Of a stretch of 64,000 nucleotides of DNA, positions 1 to 9,827 are shown piece by piece. This DNA is from Bacteroidota bacterium. Its GTDB lineage: Bacteria > Bacteroidota > Bacteroidia > Bacteroidales > JAAUTT01. A program made the position numbers and the translations under genes. The notes under the pieces were generated by a model, which saw nothing but the letters and a program-made list of their open reading frames with translations, searched no databases and was not told the origin of the DNA. Location: the NCBI GenBank assembly GCA_020048915.1, contig JAIFLU010000223.1:8067-72066 (forward strand). The letters are read 5' to 3'. Position 1 is the first letter of the stretch, and each line of letters begins with the position of its first letter.

Positions 1-94
1 AGCTTGTTTCTATTTACCTTAAACTATATTTAATCGATAAATAGCACCAATACAGCTATACAGGTGTTTGTACACAATGCAATCTTAAAATTAA

Positions 95-151
95 CGTACC
101 GATAAATACCGTACATTTGGTTATAAATACGGAAATATTCTGTACATTTGC
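95..151 (+). promoter_or_regulatory. Putative promoter/operator of the toxin-antitoxin operon
   Basis: Direct repeats ATAAATAC (102-109, 123-130) and GTACATTTG (111-119, 142-150). TACATTTG at 143-150 fits the Bacteroidota -7 box TAnnTTTG, about 16 nt upstream of the ATG at 166. Several GTAC cores could be RHH antitoxin operator half-sites. Confidence 0.3.
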
Positions 152-165
152 AAAAAAATGATCCT

Positions 166-450
166 ATGAGTACGGCAAGACAAGATAAAGCGAGATTTGA
201 CACAAGGCTACCCTTAGAACAAAAGCAACTATTTGAGAGAGCTGCTGTATTAGGTGGATATAGAAATCTGACGGATTTTGTGATTGTTACTGTTCAAAGT
301 AAAGCTAAAGAGATTATTGAGGAAAGAGAGCGAATTCTAGCTTCAGAAAAAGACAAAGAATTATTCTTTAATACCTTATTAAATGCTCCAAAGCCAAATA
401 ACGATTTGGTTTCAGCTAAAGACGAATATAAAAAAATTATGTCTAAATGA
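166..450 (+). CDS. DUF1778-type ribbon-helix-helix antitoxin (TacA/AtaR-like)
   Basis: The ORF track gives 148..450 with a TTG start. I prefer the in-frame ATG at 166 because the -7-like box lies inside the longer ORF. The segment RFDTRLPLEQKQLFERAAVLGGYRNLTDFV is typical of DUF1778 antitoxins. Its stop overlaps the next start (ATGA at 447-450). Confidence 0.8.
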   Translation: MSTARQDKARFDTRLPLEQKQLFERAAVLGGYRNLTDFVIVTVQSKAKEIIEERERILASEKDKELFFNTLLNAPKPNNDLVSAKDEYKKIMSK

Positions 451-950
451 ATTATCTAACTGAGCCGTTAGATCCTAAACATGACAGAGGTAATTTCTCA
501 TGCGGTAAAGAATTATTGGATAATTACTTTTGGACTCAAGCAAAACAAGATGTTAAAAGAAAACTATCTGCATGCTTTGTATTAATTGAAAAAGAAACGA
601 CAAGAATTTCCGGATACTACACTCTTTCGAGTAATAGTATTTCAAATAATTTGATACCCGAGTCTTTTAAAAAAAGGTTACCAAATTCGTATTACTCGAT
701 TCCAACAATATTAATTGGACGTTTAGCAGTTGGAAAAGATTTTCAAGGAAAAGGCATTGGCAAGCTCCTTTTGATTGATTCACTAAAACGGTGTTTTGAT
801 TCCTCCACATCCATTGGGGCATTTGCTGTTATTGTAGACCCAATAGATAAGGATGCCGAAAGGTTCTATTCTAAATATGGTTTTGTGAAACTGGTTGATA
901 GTGGAAAAATGTTTTTACCAATGAAAACAATAGAAGAATTATTTGCATAA
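447..950 (+). CDS. GNAT-family acetyltransferase toxin (TacT/AtaT-like)
   Basis: 167 aa with a GNAT acetyl-CoA motif (QGKGIGKLLL) and C-terminal RFYSKYGF. It overlaps the DUF1778 gene by 4 bp, which is the canonical arrangement of GNAT/DUF1778 type II TA modules. Confidence 0.8.
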   Translation: MNYLTEPLDPKHDRGNFSCGKELLDNYFWTQAKQDVKRKLSACFVLIEKETTRISGYYTLSSNSISNNLIPESFKKRLPNSYYSIPTILIGRLAVGKDFQGKGIGKLLLIDSLKRCFDSSTSIGAFAVIVDPIDKDAERFYSKYGFVKLVDSGKMFLPMKTIEELFA

Positions 951-1355
951 TGCACTGTTTACAACAATCATATATATTTTATTGCGCAGAATACGGATCT
1001 TATAGTGCTGGCTTCTAATTTTAGCTCTTACCGTCACGATAGGAAATCGCTTCGAAATCCCCAACAAATTTTATATGTATTGATGTGTGTAATTTTAACC
1101 ACAAAATATGTCCAATAAAAGAGGTATGGCAAATAAATGAGATTGATTATTTGAATATTACAAAAGTTGTTAAGTTGTAGATAACAAATATTCAACAATC
1201 ATTAAAGTGATTGATATTAATGTAAAAATACAAAAATATTTATACGATTTGTTGTTGGCTCTGAATCAGATTCTCCAAGAATACAAAATGGACTTTTCAC
1301 TGAGGCGGCTTACTTAAAGAAAAAAGGACTTCTTGAACCTTATCAGGTAAGTCAA

Positions 1356-1601
1356 GTGAATGAGATATTTACTTTTTTTAATGCAAACTTACCATGTCCT
1401 CCATTCAGCAAAAAGAATTGGTCAATTGATGCCATTTCATGGTTTAAAGATACAGCCACAACTTATATTGACAAAATGAGAGATTTAACAATGATACTTG
1501 AAGAAAATAATCTTATAGTAAGCGTTTTATTAACTGATAAACCAGGAATGATTCTCTATGAAGATGATTTTCAAATAGTGTCCCAAAACAGAACATATTA
1601 A
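1356..1601 (+). CDS. Hypothetical protein, possibly a gene remnant
   Basis: 81-aa ORF with a GTG start. The frame stays open upstream to 1221 but has no ATG, GTG or TTG there. I recognise no motif. It sits in a gene-poor AT-rich stretch. Confidence 0.2.
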   Translation: MNEIFTFFNANLPCPPFSKKNWSIDAISWFKDTATTYIDKMRDLTMILEENNLIVSVLLTDKPGMILYEDDFQIVSQNRTY

Positions 1602-1785
1602 ATAGTAAACAGATAAAAAATACACACAACAAGATTTATATAAATTGTGGAGCATCAGAAAATGATTCGATTTTGCATGAATTGAATCCTGAAACAGAGA
1701 GAATTGAAGTGGAGCATAAATGCCTGTACAAAGCAGATTTAGTAAACTAAGACATTCCTATATGCAACTGTGTTCAAACGTTGTT

Positions 1786-2250
1786 CTAATGCTTTTCCTT
1801 TTCAATCTGTTCATGACTTTTTAAATATAAAGGCAAAGCAGCTGAGCCATACCAACTATACAATTCCGGCTCTAACAGCTTTTCGCTGATAGCCGGATCG
1901 GCGTTTAATAATTCAGTAGCCTCTTCGGTAGTTGCTACATTCAGAATAAAAATTCCCCGATACGTTTTATCGTTCTTCCTCATTGGACCAGCTACAACTA
2001 ATTTTCCCATTTTAGCCAGACGTGTTATATTATTCATATGTCCACGGAACAAACTGTCGATAACTGTTTTGTTATCGGTGGTATTAGTCCCGGTTTTCAA
2101 AATAACTAACACGTATTGTTTCATACCGTATTCGTCGGCACCCAGCGAATCGGCAAGGGCTTTATTGTAATGCACATTGCTGTTCTGGGCATTGCCCATC
2201 AAGCAAAAAACAACCAGGAGAGTCAAAGAGAGTATAGGTTTCATAAGCAA
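1786..2250 (-). CDS. YciI-like (DGPF-type) domain protein with signal peptide
   Basis: N-terminal signal peptide (LSLTLLVVFCLMGNAQ). The body (YVLVILKTG...KLVVAGPM...GIFILNVATTEEATELLNADPA) resembles YciI-family small alpha/beta proteins. An ATG at 2244 is an alternative start. Confidence 0.5.
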   Translation of the reverse strand: MLMKPILSLTLLVVFCLMGNAQNSNVHYNKALADSLGADEYGMKQYVLVILKTGTNTTDNKTVIDSLFRGHMNNITRLAKMGKLVVAGPMRKNDKTYRGIFILNVATTEEATELLNADPAISEKLLEPELYSWYGSAALPLYLKSHEQIEKEKH

Positions 2251-2751
2251 ATTATTTGATTATTTTTTTTCGTTACGTAATAGGTTTAATTGGCAATTTA
2301 TTATAAGGATTTCATTGTATAAATTGTTTAAAAGAGTTCGCAAAATGATTTAAGATATATGACTGATCGAAATTAATATTGTAAAAGCTCTTTAATATTA
2401 ATCGATTATGAATTTCGATACTTCCTGGTCAATCTGGCTGAAAAGTCTGGCAATGGATTAATTTTTTGTGTGTATTTATGAACCCCAATTGACAAACTCA
2501 CTAATTATAAACATATTATAATTTACAGGATTAGAAATATCATAATATGCTTAAAATTCAAATAAATAATTCGACCTTAAACCGGATATATTTTATTCGA
2601 ATAATTGATTAATATTACAAAAATTAACCTGCTTTTTAATAGGGTAATTTCGTCTTCGTCAGTATTAATAGAAATATAGGATTTAACATTAACTAAATGC
2701 TTTGTTGAATGTTTTAGTTTTTGCAAAGCAAAGGAACTAATTACTTTAAAC

Positions 2752-4881
2752 TTGAAATGGGTTAATTTTTCCCACGCAATTTATTCCCCGAACAGTATAA
2801 TGGCTTGCCTATTATGCTGCTTTATAGTTCTATTTGCAAATTTGCCAACCTATTCGCAAAACTCGAATTGCTCCAACCTGGGCTTTGAATTTGGTAATTT
2901 TACCAATTGGATTGGTGAGACCTGGATATACAGCTCTTCGCAACCTTCTTCCAATACTCCCCGGGTAACCGGTTTTGCTACTCGAAGGCATACCATTATG
3001 TCGGATACTTCAGCGCGCGATGCCAATACCGGGTATGCCCTCCGAACAATACCTTCGGGATACAAATACTCTGCCCGGTTAGGCGATGGGTTTACCAGTG
3101 CCGATGCAAGGTTCAGATGTTGGGACCAAAGTTTACGGTATACGATGACCATTGATTCGTCGAATGCGCTTTTGGTTATGAAATTTGCCTGCGTTTTGCA
3201 ATATGCGAGTGGGCACCCCGGCATTGTGGAGCCTCGTTTTCGACTTACCCTTTACGATTCCATTGGAAATATTATCCCCGATTGTTCCAATTACGATGTG
3301 TATTCCACCAACGTGTATGTAAAGGGCTTTAAAACCTACATCCCCCCTGGCACCACCACTCCTGTAAAGTGGAGAGACTGGACTACGGTTGGTGCTAATC
3401 TACTTAACTACTTAGGGCAAACTATTACCGTTGAGTTTATGGCAGCCGATTGTAACGGTCACTTTCATTACGGGTATGCTTATTTTTTGGCCGAGTGCCA
3501 TCCGCTTACTATCGACATGAAATATTGTGCGGGAGATTCAATTGCGAACCTCACTGCCCCCGAAGGTTTTGAAAGATATAGCTGGACTGATAAAAATGGG
3601 TTAGTTGTCGACACCATGCGCTTTTTCCAGGTACTGAAACCAATAGGAGGAGAGACTTATTCGTGTACAATGCTGTCGGCTACTGGTTGCGTTGTGAAGC
3701 TGGATGCAACTATTGCCAAATTTTTACCCGTCGCCAAATTTACTTCCTACATGATCGATTGTAAATCAAACACCGTTCAATTTGCCAATTTATCTACTTT
3801 TACCCAAGGCACTTTGCAATTTGAATGGGACTTTGGCGATGGAAGGACTTCTAATGAAAAGAACCCGCGGTACACATTTCTTACATCGGGGTTACACCCA
3901 ATGACACTTATCGTCAAAAACCCTCCTTCATCGTGTACCGATACGCTGTATAAGGTCGTCGAATCGTTTTCGCCTCCGCTAATTGGCATTTCAGGCGATT
4001 CTACGTATTGTCCCGGTAAGAGTGTTACCATAAAAGCTTATGGAGCTTATGAATATAAATGGAACATTGGTTCCAGCGCCGATTCATTGATAATTTCAGC
4101 TCCCGGAGGTCGTTATTGGCTCCTTGGATATTCGAGTACCGGTTGTGTTTCGGATACGAATTATGTGACAATTGGAGAAGAACCCGATTGGGATTTTATC
4201 TCGTTAAGCGATACCACATTATGCGAAGGCTTTGATACGAAACTTCAGGTTACAGGAGCGGCAAATTATCGGTGGTATAACAACGATACAGCCTCTTTTA
4301 TAACTGTAGGCGAACCGGGGATATATAGCGTTGTTGGTTCGAATAAGCGGGGATGTAAGAAAGACCGAACCTTCCAAGTATTGGAATATCCTATACCAAC
4401 TTCGAACTTTACCACATCGGTTAATACCCTCGATTGGAAACATAACCAACTCATTTGCACTACCATTCCTCAAACCGATGTGCTGTATACCTGGAATATG
4501 GGCGATGGAACCATAAAAACAGGAACCATTGTTCAGCATGATTACCAAATTTCCGCAGCAAATTTACAGTTTACCATTACTCAAACTGCCAGGAGTATTT
4601 ACGATTGTGCCGATAGTACTTTCCAAATAATAGATGTTACTCCTTTTGTTCCAAATGTTTTTTCGCCTAACGGCGATGGAATCAATGATATTTTTATGGC
4701 GGACATTGAACTGCAGGTTTACGATCGTAACGGATTGATACTTTATAAGGGGAATACCGGTTGGGATGGGAAGTATAGGGGACAGCCCATGGAACCTGAT
4801 ACATACTTTTACTCGGTTCAGTATTTAGACCGAAATCAGCACGAACAAACCAAAAAGGGGTATATAACATTAGTGAGATAG
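2752..4881 (+). CDS. T9SS type-B sorting domain (gliding-motility C-terminal domain) cargo protein with PKD domain
   Basis: The C-terminus FVPNVFSPNGDGINDIF...GWDGKYRGQ...TYFY is the signature of T9SS type-B (CHU_C) sorting domains. A PKD-like WDFGDG motif is present. It has a signal peptide (ATG at 2800 is an alternative start). A PorP/SprF gene follows after 10 bp. Confidence 0.85.
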   Translation: MKWVNFSHAIYSPNSIMACLLCCFIVLFANLPTYSQNSNCSNLGFEFGNFTNWIGETWIYSSSQPSSNTPRVTGFATRRHTIMSDTSARDANTGYALRTIPSGYKYSARLGDGFTSADARFRCWDQSLRYTMTIDSSNALLVMKFACVLQYASGHPGIVEPRFRLTLYDSIGNIIPDCSNYDVYSTNVYVKGFKTYIPPGTTTPVKWRDWTTVGANLLNYLGQTITVEFMAADCNGHFHYGYAYFLAECHPLTIDMKYCAGDSIANLTAPEGFERYSWTDKNGLVVDTMRFFQVLKPIGGETYSCTMLSATGCVVKLDATIAKFLPVAKFTSYMIDCKSNTVQFANLSTFTQGTLQFEWDFGDGRTSNEKNPRYTFLTSGLHPMTLIVKNPPSSCTDTLYKVVESFSPPLIGISGDSTYCPGKSVTIKAYGAYEYKWNIGSSADSLIISAPGGRYWLLGYSSTGCVSDTNYVTIGEEPDWDFISLSDTTLCEGFDTKLQVTGAANYRWYNNDTASFITVGEPGIYSVVGSNKRGCKKDRTFQVLEYPIPTSNFTTSVNTLDWKHNQLICTTIPQTDVLYTWNMGDGTIKTGTIVQHDYQISAANLQFTITQTARSIYDCADSTFQIIDVTPFVPNVFSPNGDGINDIFMADIELQVYDRNGLILYKGNTGWDGKYRGQPMEPDTYFYSVQYLDRNQHEQTKKGYITLVR

Positions 4882-4890
4882 CTGTATGAA

Positions 4891-5844
4891 ATGAAATTTA
4901 CGCGCATTTATCTGATATTTTTTGTTTTGCTGGTTCCTGAGCTGAAAGCCTTTGCTCAAGCGGATATCAGCATGGCAACCCATTGGAATAACCGTGCAAA
5001 CTACAATCCGGCAAGTATTGCCCGGACGGATTATTTATATCTCTTTTCGAACCTCCGTCAGCAATGGCTTGGCGTTAATGGTGCCCCCCGGGTTTTTAAC
5101 GTACAGGCATCGCAGTATGTCGATAAAATTCGTTCAGCATTTGGTTTGTCCGTAGTCGGAGATAAAATTGGTGCCGTTAATTCATTCAACCCAATGGCAA
5201 CATACGCTTATCGAATTGCAAAGCATCAGGATTGGGCGCTTTCATTTGGAATTTCGGCTGGGGTATTCTCCAGTTCGGTGAACGGTTCCCTTTTTGAACC
5301 CGATATAGCGAACGATCCTTTCATATACTATGGTAAGGAAAAAAGTATCAGGCCGGATTTTAATGCTGGTGTCGAATTTCAAAATTCAAACTTTGTGCTC
5401 GGGGTTTCTTCTACCCATATATCGTCCGTTTTTAAAACCAATAATCTGTATTTAAATACGAACCACCGATATGGCTATGCGATCTATAAAAACACTGGTT
5501 CTAAATTTTTCAATTACAATGTTGGCCTCCAGGTAGTAAACCGGTCAGATCTTACAGTTATGGAAATAAATACTATCTTTCGAATCAAACACCTGACTGG
5601 GCTGATCGACGGGTTAAGAGAGGTTTTCGATGTGGGGCTCACCTATCGTACATCCCGGCAGATGACTGTCCTATTTGGAGTGAATATTTCTTCTAACGCA
5701 CGAATTGGCTATGCTTACGACCACAGTTTTATGAAAGGGTATAACCCAAATGGAACCCATGAAATTGTGCTGGAGTGCCGCTTTCTCAGGAATGCAGCTT
5801 CTACCCGCCTGAAATGTGGCGACGATTTATTCTGGTATTATTAA
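4891..5844 (+). CDS. PorP/SprF-family T9SS outer-membrane protein
   Basis: Signal peptide plus an N-terminal motif (...HWNNRANYNPASIA...) and a ~300-aa beta-barrel-like composition typical of PorP/SprF. It lies directly downstream of a type-B cargo gene. Confidence 0.85.
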   Translation: MKFTRIYLIFFVLLVPELKAFAQADISMATHWNNRANYNPASIARTDYLYLFSNLRQQWLGVNGAPRVFNVQASQYVDKIRSAFGLSVVGDKIGAVNSFNPMATYAYRIAKHQDWALSFGISAGVFSSSVNGSLFEPDIANDPFIYYGKEKSIRPDFNAGVEFQNSNFVLGVSSTHISSVFKTNNLYLNTNHRYGYAIYKNTGSKFFNYNVGLQVVNRSDLTVMEINTIFRIKHLTGLIDGLREVFDVGLTYRTSRQMTVLFGVNISSNARIGYAYDHSFMKGYNPNGTHEIVLECRFLRNAASTRLKCGDDLFWYY

Positions 5845-5864
5845 AGATCTTTTTATAACGATTT

Positions 5865-8800
5865 ATGAACCTATTCAAATCAACATTCGGGTTAATTATA
5901 CTTGTTTCACAGATATTTATCGTTTCGGCTTTTGGAATATCAGCAAAATTTACCGTTATAAAAAAGAGCAACTGTGCTCCGGCACTGGTCGAATTCACCA
6001 ATACTTCAACTTCCGGAGCCGGAATCACCTATAAATGGAATTTTGGGTTGGGCGCAATTGTCACTACTACCAGCAATTCGTTAAAAAGTCAGCTTTATAC
6101 CACCCCCGGCCAATATAAAATTACCCTGATTGCAACAAATGGAGTGGATACCGATAGCACCAGCGCTATAATAATTATTGCAAAAGGTCCGAAAGCGGAT
6201 TTTGCAGCTGTTCCTGCTTCAGGATGCAGTCCATTGCTGGTAAACTATACCAGTAATTCTGCCCCGGGCGATTCGGCTATTGCAACTACCGAATGGGATT
6301 TCAGAAATGGCGACTACCTCTCCGGAAACGCTGTACAATATACCTATCGTAACTCGGGCATGTATAACATAGCCCTGAAGGTGACCGATAAAAATGGATG
6401 TTCAAATTTTCTGGAGTCCGACAGTATTATTCAGGTTATGAAGAAACCCGTTGCAAATTTTGCAGCGCTGGATACATTTTCATGCACTCCGCCTCTCAAT
6501 GTAAGTTTCGTTAATTTATCGACTGGCACCTCCAATTTAACCTACAAATGGGTATATGGCAATGGACTTACATCGACAGAGATTAGCAATTCAACCCTTT
6601 ATAATTCATTGGGAAGTTTCGATGTGAAGTTAACTGCAACCGATCTGAACGGTTGTTCCGATTCGCTTGTAAAAAAATCGCACATTGTAATTGGAAGTCC
6701 GCAAGGGATATTGTCGGTTTTTGATTCGAACAACAACCCGGTTGATAAATCAATCCTTTGCAGCGGATCATATACATTTGCTTTTTCGATTGGTAATTTG
6801 TCCGATTATACATGGCTAATTAACGATAATAACAAAGTTACCACCATAACCGGTAACAGCACATTAACTTATCTGGTAAAGGATACCGGCATTTTGGAGG
6901 TTACCCTGATTTATGGGAAAAACGGGTTTTGCACCGAAAATATTCAGCGAACATTTGGCAAAAGCGCAATCAAAGCCGAATTTTCAATAGACGACTTCCT
7001 TTTTTGTTCCCTGCCTCACAAAGTTAAATTGCAGAACAATTCAAAAGATGCCACCAGCTATTCGTGGTATATATCCAACCGGTTTATTTCCGATAAAATC
7101 AATACGGATTATACAATTACCCAATCCGACATTCCTCAGGAAACCTATAAGCGATTATACAGTCACGAAACGGATGCTATTCGCATTCCATTTACCCTGG
7201 TGGCTACCAATAAAGAAGGGTGTACCGATGAAATTACCCGGGAAGCAGTTGTTTCGTTTCCGGTAGCGCGGTTTATGCCCGATAAAGTATCCGGTTGTGC
7301 TCCTTTGCAGGTTAGTCTTTCCGATTCGAGCAAATCGGCTTTTAAAATTGACGGATATACCTATAAAATTGGGGCTGAAACAATTTCAGTCCTAGATAAA
7401 ACGCCTGTAAAATACACTTTTACAACCCCGGGCGAATATTATGTTACCGAAATAATTAACAGCTCCGGTTGCCTTGATACCTCTTATGCTGTAAAAATTG
7501 TGGTGGGAGAAAAGCTGAAACCCGACTTTACAGTTACCCCGGCGGAAGTTTGCAACGGCGGCGGAATTCATATTGTTGCCGGTTCAAATAATAATTCGTC
7601 AGTGAGTTTATGGCGTCTAACATCAACCAATATATTCGATCTTAGTTTTGCTTCGATGCCCGATACCACAATTACAATTATTTCGGATACTTTGGGGTTT
7701 AAAAACATCCGCTTACAGGTAGATTATAACGGTTGCATTTCGGATACTACCAAAAAGGCTGTTTACAAAGTAATTGGTTCGGCTGGAAATTTTCTGGAAA
7801 CATTTTCGTGCGACAGCGCATTAACCTATCATTTTAAATCGGGCATGCTACCCGCAACTTCCCTCACATGGAATGTGGATACCGCCATTTTTAAAGATAA
7901 GGATTCCGTAAGGTACACGTTTCCGGCTGGAGGAAACTATACGGTGAAATTAACTGCTATCGACGGAGCCTCGAATTGTTCGTTTACACGGACAAAACTT
8001 ATAAAGGTCCGACAAGTAAAAGCCAATTTTACGCTAAACGACTCGGTATTTTGTGTAGGCGATTCGGTTTTAATGAATGCTACCTCATCTGTCGATTACA
8101 TAAACTCCTGTTACAACGAAGGGTTTTTATGGGATTTTGGTGACGATTCCCCTCCCCGAAGAACGTATTTACCGACATTCGACCATGTTTACACTGCAAG
8201 GGGAAAGTATATCCTTAATTTAATTACCACTGCCGAAAACGGTTGTGTTGATTCTGCCAAAAAGAATGTTTTTGTATACCGCCCTGCCGGAAGCTTTACC
8301 ACCGATAAAAAATTTGGCTGTATGCCTGCCATGGATGTGAAATTTGAGAATACTTCTACCGACAGTACTATTGTTAAATGGATTTGGGATTTTGGAGACG
8401 ATGTAACCAATAATACCAACATCAAAAAGCTTGCGCATTCCTATACCAGTGTCAAGCCCGTAACTTTTAACGCTACTTTGTCCGTTTTCGACGAACACCA
8501 GTGTTTTAGCAGCTTATCCATACCAATTACACTGGTTGGGATAAACGGTGAGTTTCAGGCAAACGACAATGCCATATGTGTAGGGCAAACTGTGAAATTT
8601 ACGCCCGAAGATACCAGTCTTGATAGTATTTTCTGGAATTTCGGGGATGGAAATACTTCAAAAACGCAAAACAGCAATACCTACAATAATCAGGGAAAAT
8701 ATAGTATTTCGCTCACTGCTTATAAAGATGGCTGTAGTAATACAATGACAAAACCCAATTACGTGATTGCCGAAAAGGCTGATGCCCAGTTTGTGGTAAA

Positions 8801-9788
8801 CGACAGTATTTTCAATTGCTACCCGGATACGATAATAGTGCAGCATAAAAACCTGAATGGAAGCCCTGTAATTAACAGGACCTGGACGTTTGACGCAAAA
8901 GAATCGAACAATACCACAAATTCGGTTATGTTTATTTATACCCGTCCCGGAAATTACACGGCGCAATTGAGAGTAAAAACCCTCAATGGATGCGCGGCAA
9001 GCAGTTCCAAAAATATTCTTGTAAATGGGCCAACAGCGGCAGCAAGTTTTAGTCCTTCGGAAATTTGCTATAACGAAGCCGTAAATTTCCAAATCGATTC
9101 CATGAAAAATGTAAGCAGTTTTAAATGGATTTTTGGCGACGGAACCACCTCAACAGTTTCCCCGGCAGTGCACAATTATACCGCACAGGGGTATATCGTT
9201 CCGGCGATACAGTTGATTAATAATAAATGTACCGTTTCGAAATCGCTCGACACGCTCTTTGTTTCCTATCAAAACTTAAAGTTTACCAGGGTGCCTTTGG
9301 GTGACGCCACCATAAATTTTGGCGATAGTATCCGGTTAACAATTCTTGCCGAGGCAAGCAATTTAAATTATGCGTGGTCGCCCGATTACAACATTTCATG
9401 TTTAACCTGCGGCAATCCGATGGTAGCGCCATTAAAGGATTTTACCTATACCGTTGGAATGAAAGATAAATGCTACGACATTACCGAAGAATTTAAGATT
9501 AAAGTAATTGCCGATTTTTATCTCGAAGCGCCATCGGCATTTACGCCTAACGGCGATTTGAGTAACGATATTTTTAAATTCGAGGCTAAGAACATTGCAA
9601 CAATCGACCTGAAAATTTTCAACCGCTGGGGGAAAATCGTCTTCTCTACCAACGATACCAGCGAAGGTTGGGATGGTACCGTGAACGGGAAAGCGCAAAA
9701 TGCAGATACCTATACATATTACATAAAAGCCGAAACCATTACCGGGCATAAGTTTGAGAAGAATGGAAGCTTTCTGCTGTTAAAGTAA
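5865..9788 (+). CDS. Large multi-PKD-repeat T9SS type-B cargo protein
   Basis: 1307 aa. About a dozen repeats of the PKD pattern (C.P..V.F.N.S....W.FGDG......Y...G.Y.V.L.....GC.D). The C-terminus AFTPNGDLSNDIFKF...GWDGTVNG...TYTYYI is a type-B sorting domain. Confidence 0.85.
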   Translation: MNLFKSTFGLIILVSQIFIVSAFGISAKFTVIKKSNCAPALVEFTNTSTSGAGITYKWNFGLGAIVTTTSNSLKSQLYTTPGQYKITLIATNGVDTDSTSAIIIIAKGPKADFAAVPASGCSPLLVNYTSNSAPGDSAIATTEWDFRNGDYLSGNAVQYTYRNSGMYNIALKVTDKNGCSNFLESDSIIQVMKKPVANFAALDTFSCTPPLNVSFVNLSTGTSNLTYKWVYGNGLTSTEISNSTLYNSLGSFDVKLTATDLNGCSDSLVKKSHIVIGSPQGILSVFDSNNNPVDKSILCSGSYTFAFSIGNLSDYTWLINDNNKVTTITGNSTLTYLVKDTGILEVTLIYGKNGFCTENIQRTFGKSAIKAEFSIDDFLFCSLPHKVKLQNNSKDATSYSWYISNRFISDKINTDYTITQSDIPQETYKRLYSHETDAIRIPFTLVATNKEGCTDEITREAVVSFPVARFMPDKVSGCAPLQVSLSDSSKSAFKIDGYTYKIGAETISVLDKTPVKYTFTTPGEYYVTEIINSSGCLDTSYAVKIVVGEKLKPDFTVTPAEVCNGGGIHIVAGSNNNSSVSLWRLTSTNIFDLSFASMPDTTITIISDTLGFKNIRLQVDYNGCISDTTKKAVYKVIGSAGNFLETFSCDSALTYHFKSGMLPATSLTWNVDTAIFKDKDSVRYTFPAGGNYTVKLTAIDGASNCSFTRTKLIKVRQVKANFTLNDSVFCVGDSVLMNATSSVDYINSCYNEGFLWDFGDDSPPRRTYLPTFDHVYTARGKYILNLITTAENGCVDSAKKNVFVYRPAGSFTTDKKFGCMPAMDVKFENTSTDSTIVKWIWDFGDDVTNNTNIKKLAHSYTSVKPVTFNATLSVFDEHQCFSSLSIPITLVGINGEFQANDNAICVGQTVKFTPEDTSLDSIFWNFGDGNTSKTQNSNTYNNQGKYSISLTAYKDGCSNTMTKPNYVIAEKADAQFVVNDSIFNCYPDTIIVQHKNLNGSPVINRTWTFDAKESNNTTNSVMFIYTRPGNYTAQLRVKTLNGCAASSSKNILVNGPTAAASFSPSEICYNEAVNFQIDSMKNVSSFKWIFGDGTTSTVSPAVHNYTAQGYIVPAIQLINNKCTVSKSLDTLFVSYQNLKFTRVPLGDATINFGDSIRLTILAEASNLNYAWSPDYNISCLTCGNPMVAPLKDFTYTVGMKDKCYDITEEFKIKVIADFYLEAPSAFTPNGDLSNDIFKFEAKNIATIDLKIFNRWGKIVFSTNDTSEGWDGTVNGKAQNADTYTYYIKAETITGHKFEKNGSFLLLK

Positions 9789-9827
9789 TTGAACTGAAAA
9801 ACGACTTTCGAACAAAAGTAACACCCT

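Noticed and set aside
148-165. TTG start at 148 for the antitoxin, as given in the ORF track.
   Set aside because: The -7-like promoter box TACATTTG (143-150) overlaps it. The ATG at 166 gives a protein of typical DUF1778 length. I cannot exclude the TTG start without transcription start site data.
2251-2751. The 500-bp AT-rich region upstream of the T9SS operon, examined for a riboswitch, ncRNA or clear promoter. It includes the imperfect inverted repeat ATCGAAATTAATATT...AATATTAATCGAT at ~2366-2408.
   Set aside because: I saw no conserved-looking structured element. The TAnnTTTG-like matches are off by one position, and the inverted repeat is AT-only and imperfect. I cannot support a specific call from the sequence alone.
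2850-3224. Antisense or overlapping ORFs inside large CDSs. Examples are 2850-3224, 8658-9092, 30848-31369, 35748-36167, 39871-40158, 44736-45269, 48805-49131 and 54331-54624, along with many 60-110 aa ORFs in the track.
   Set aside because: They lie entirely within well-supported genes on the opposite strand or in another frame. Their composition is odd (rich in Cys, Arg and Phe). They have no recognisable motifs, signal peptides or plausible start context. I treat them as shadow ORFs.
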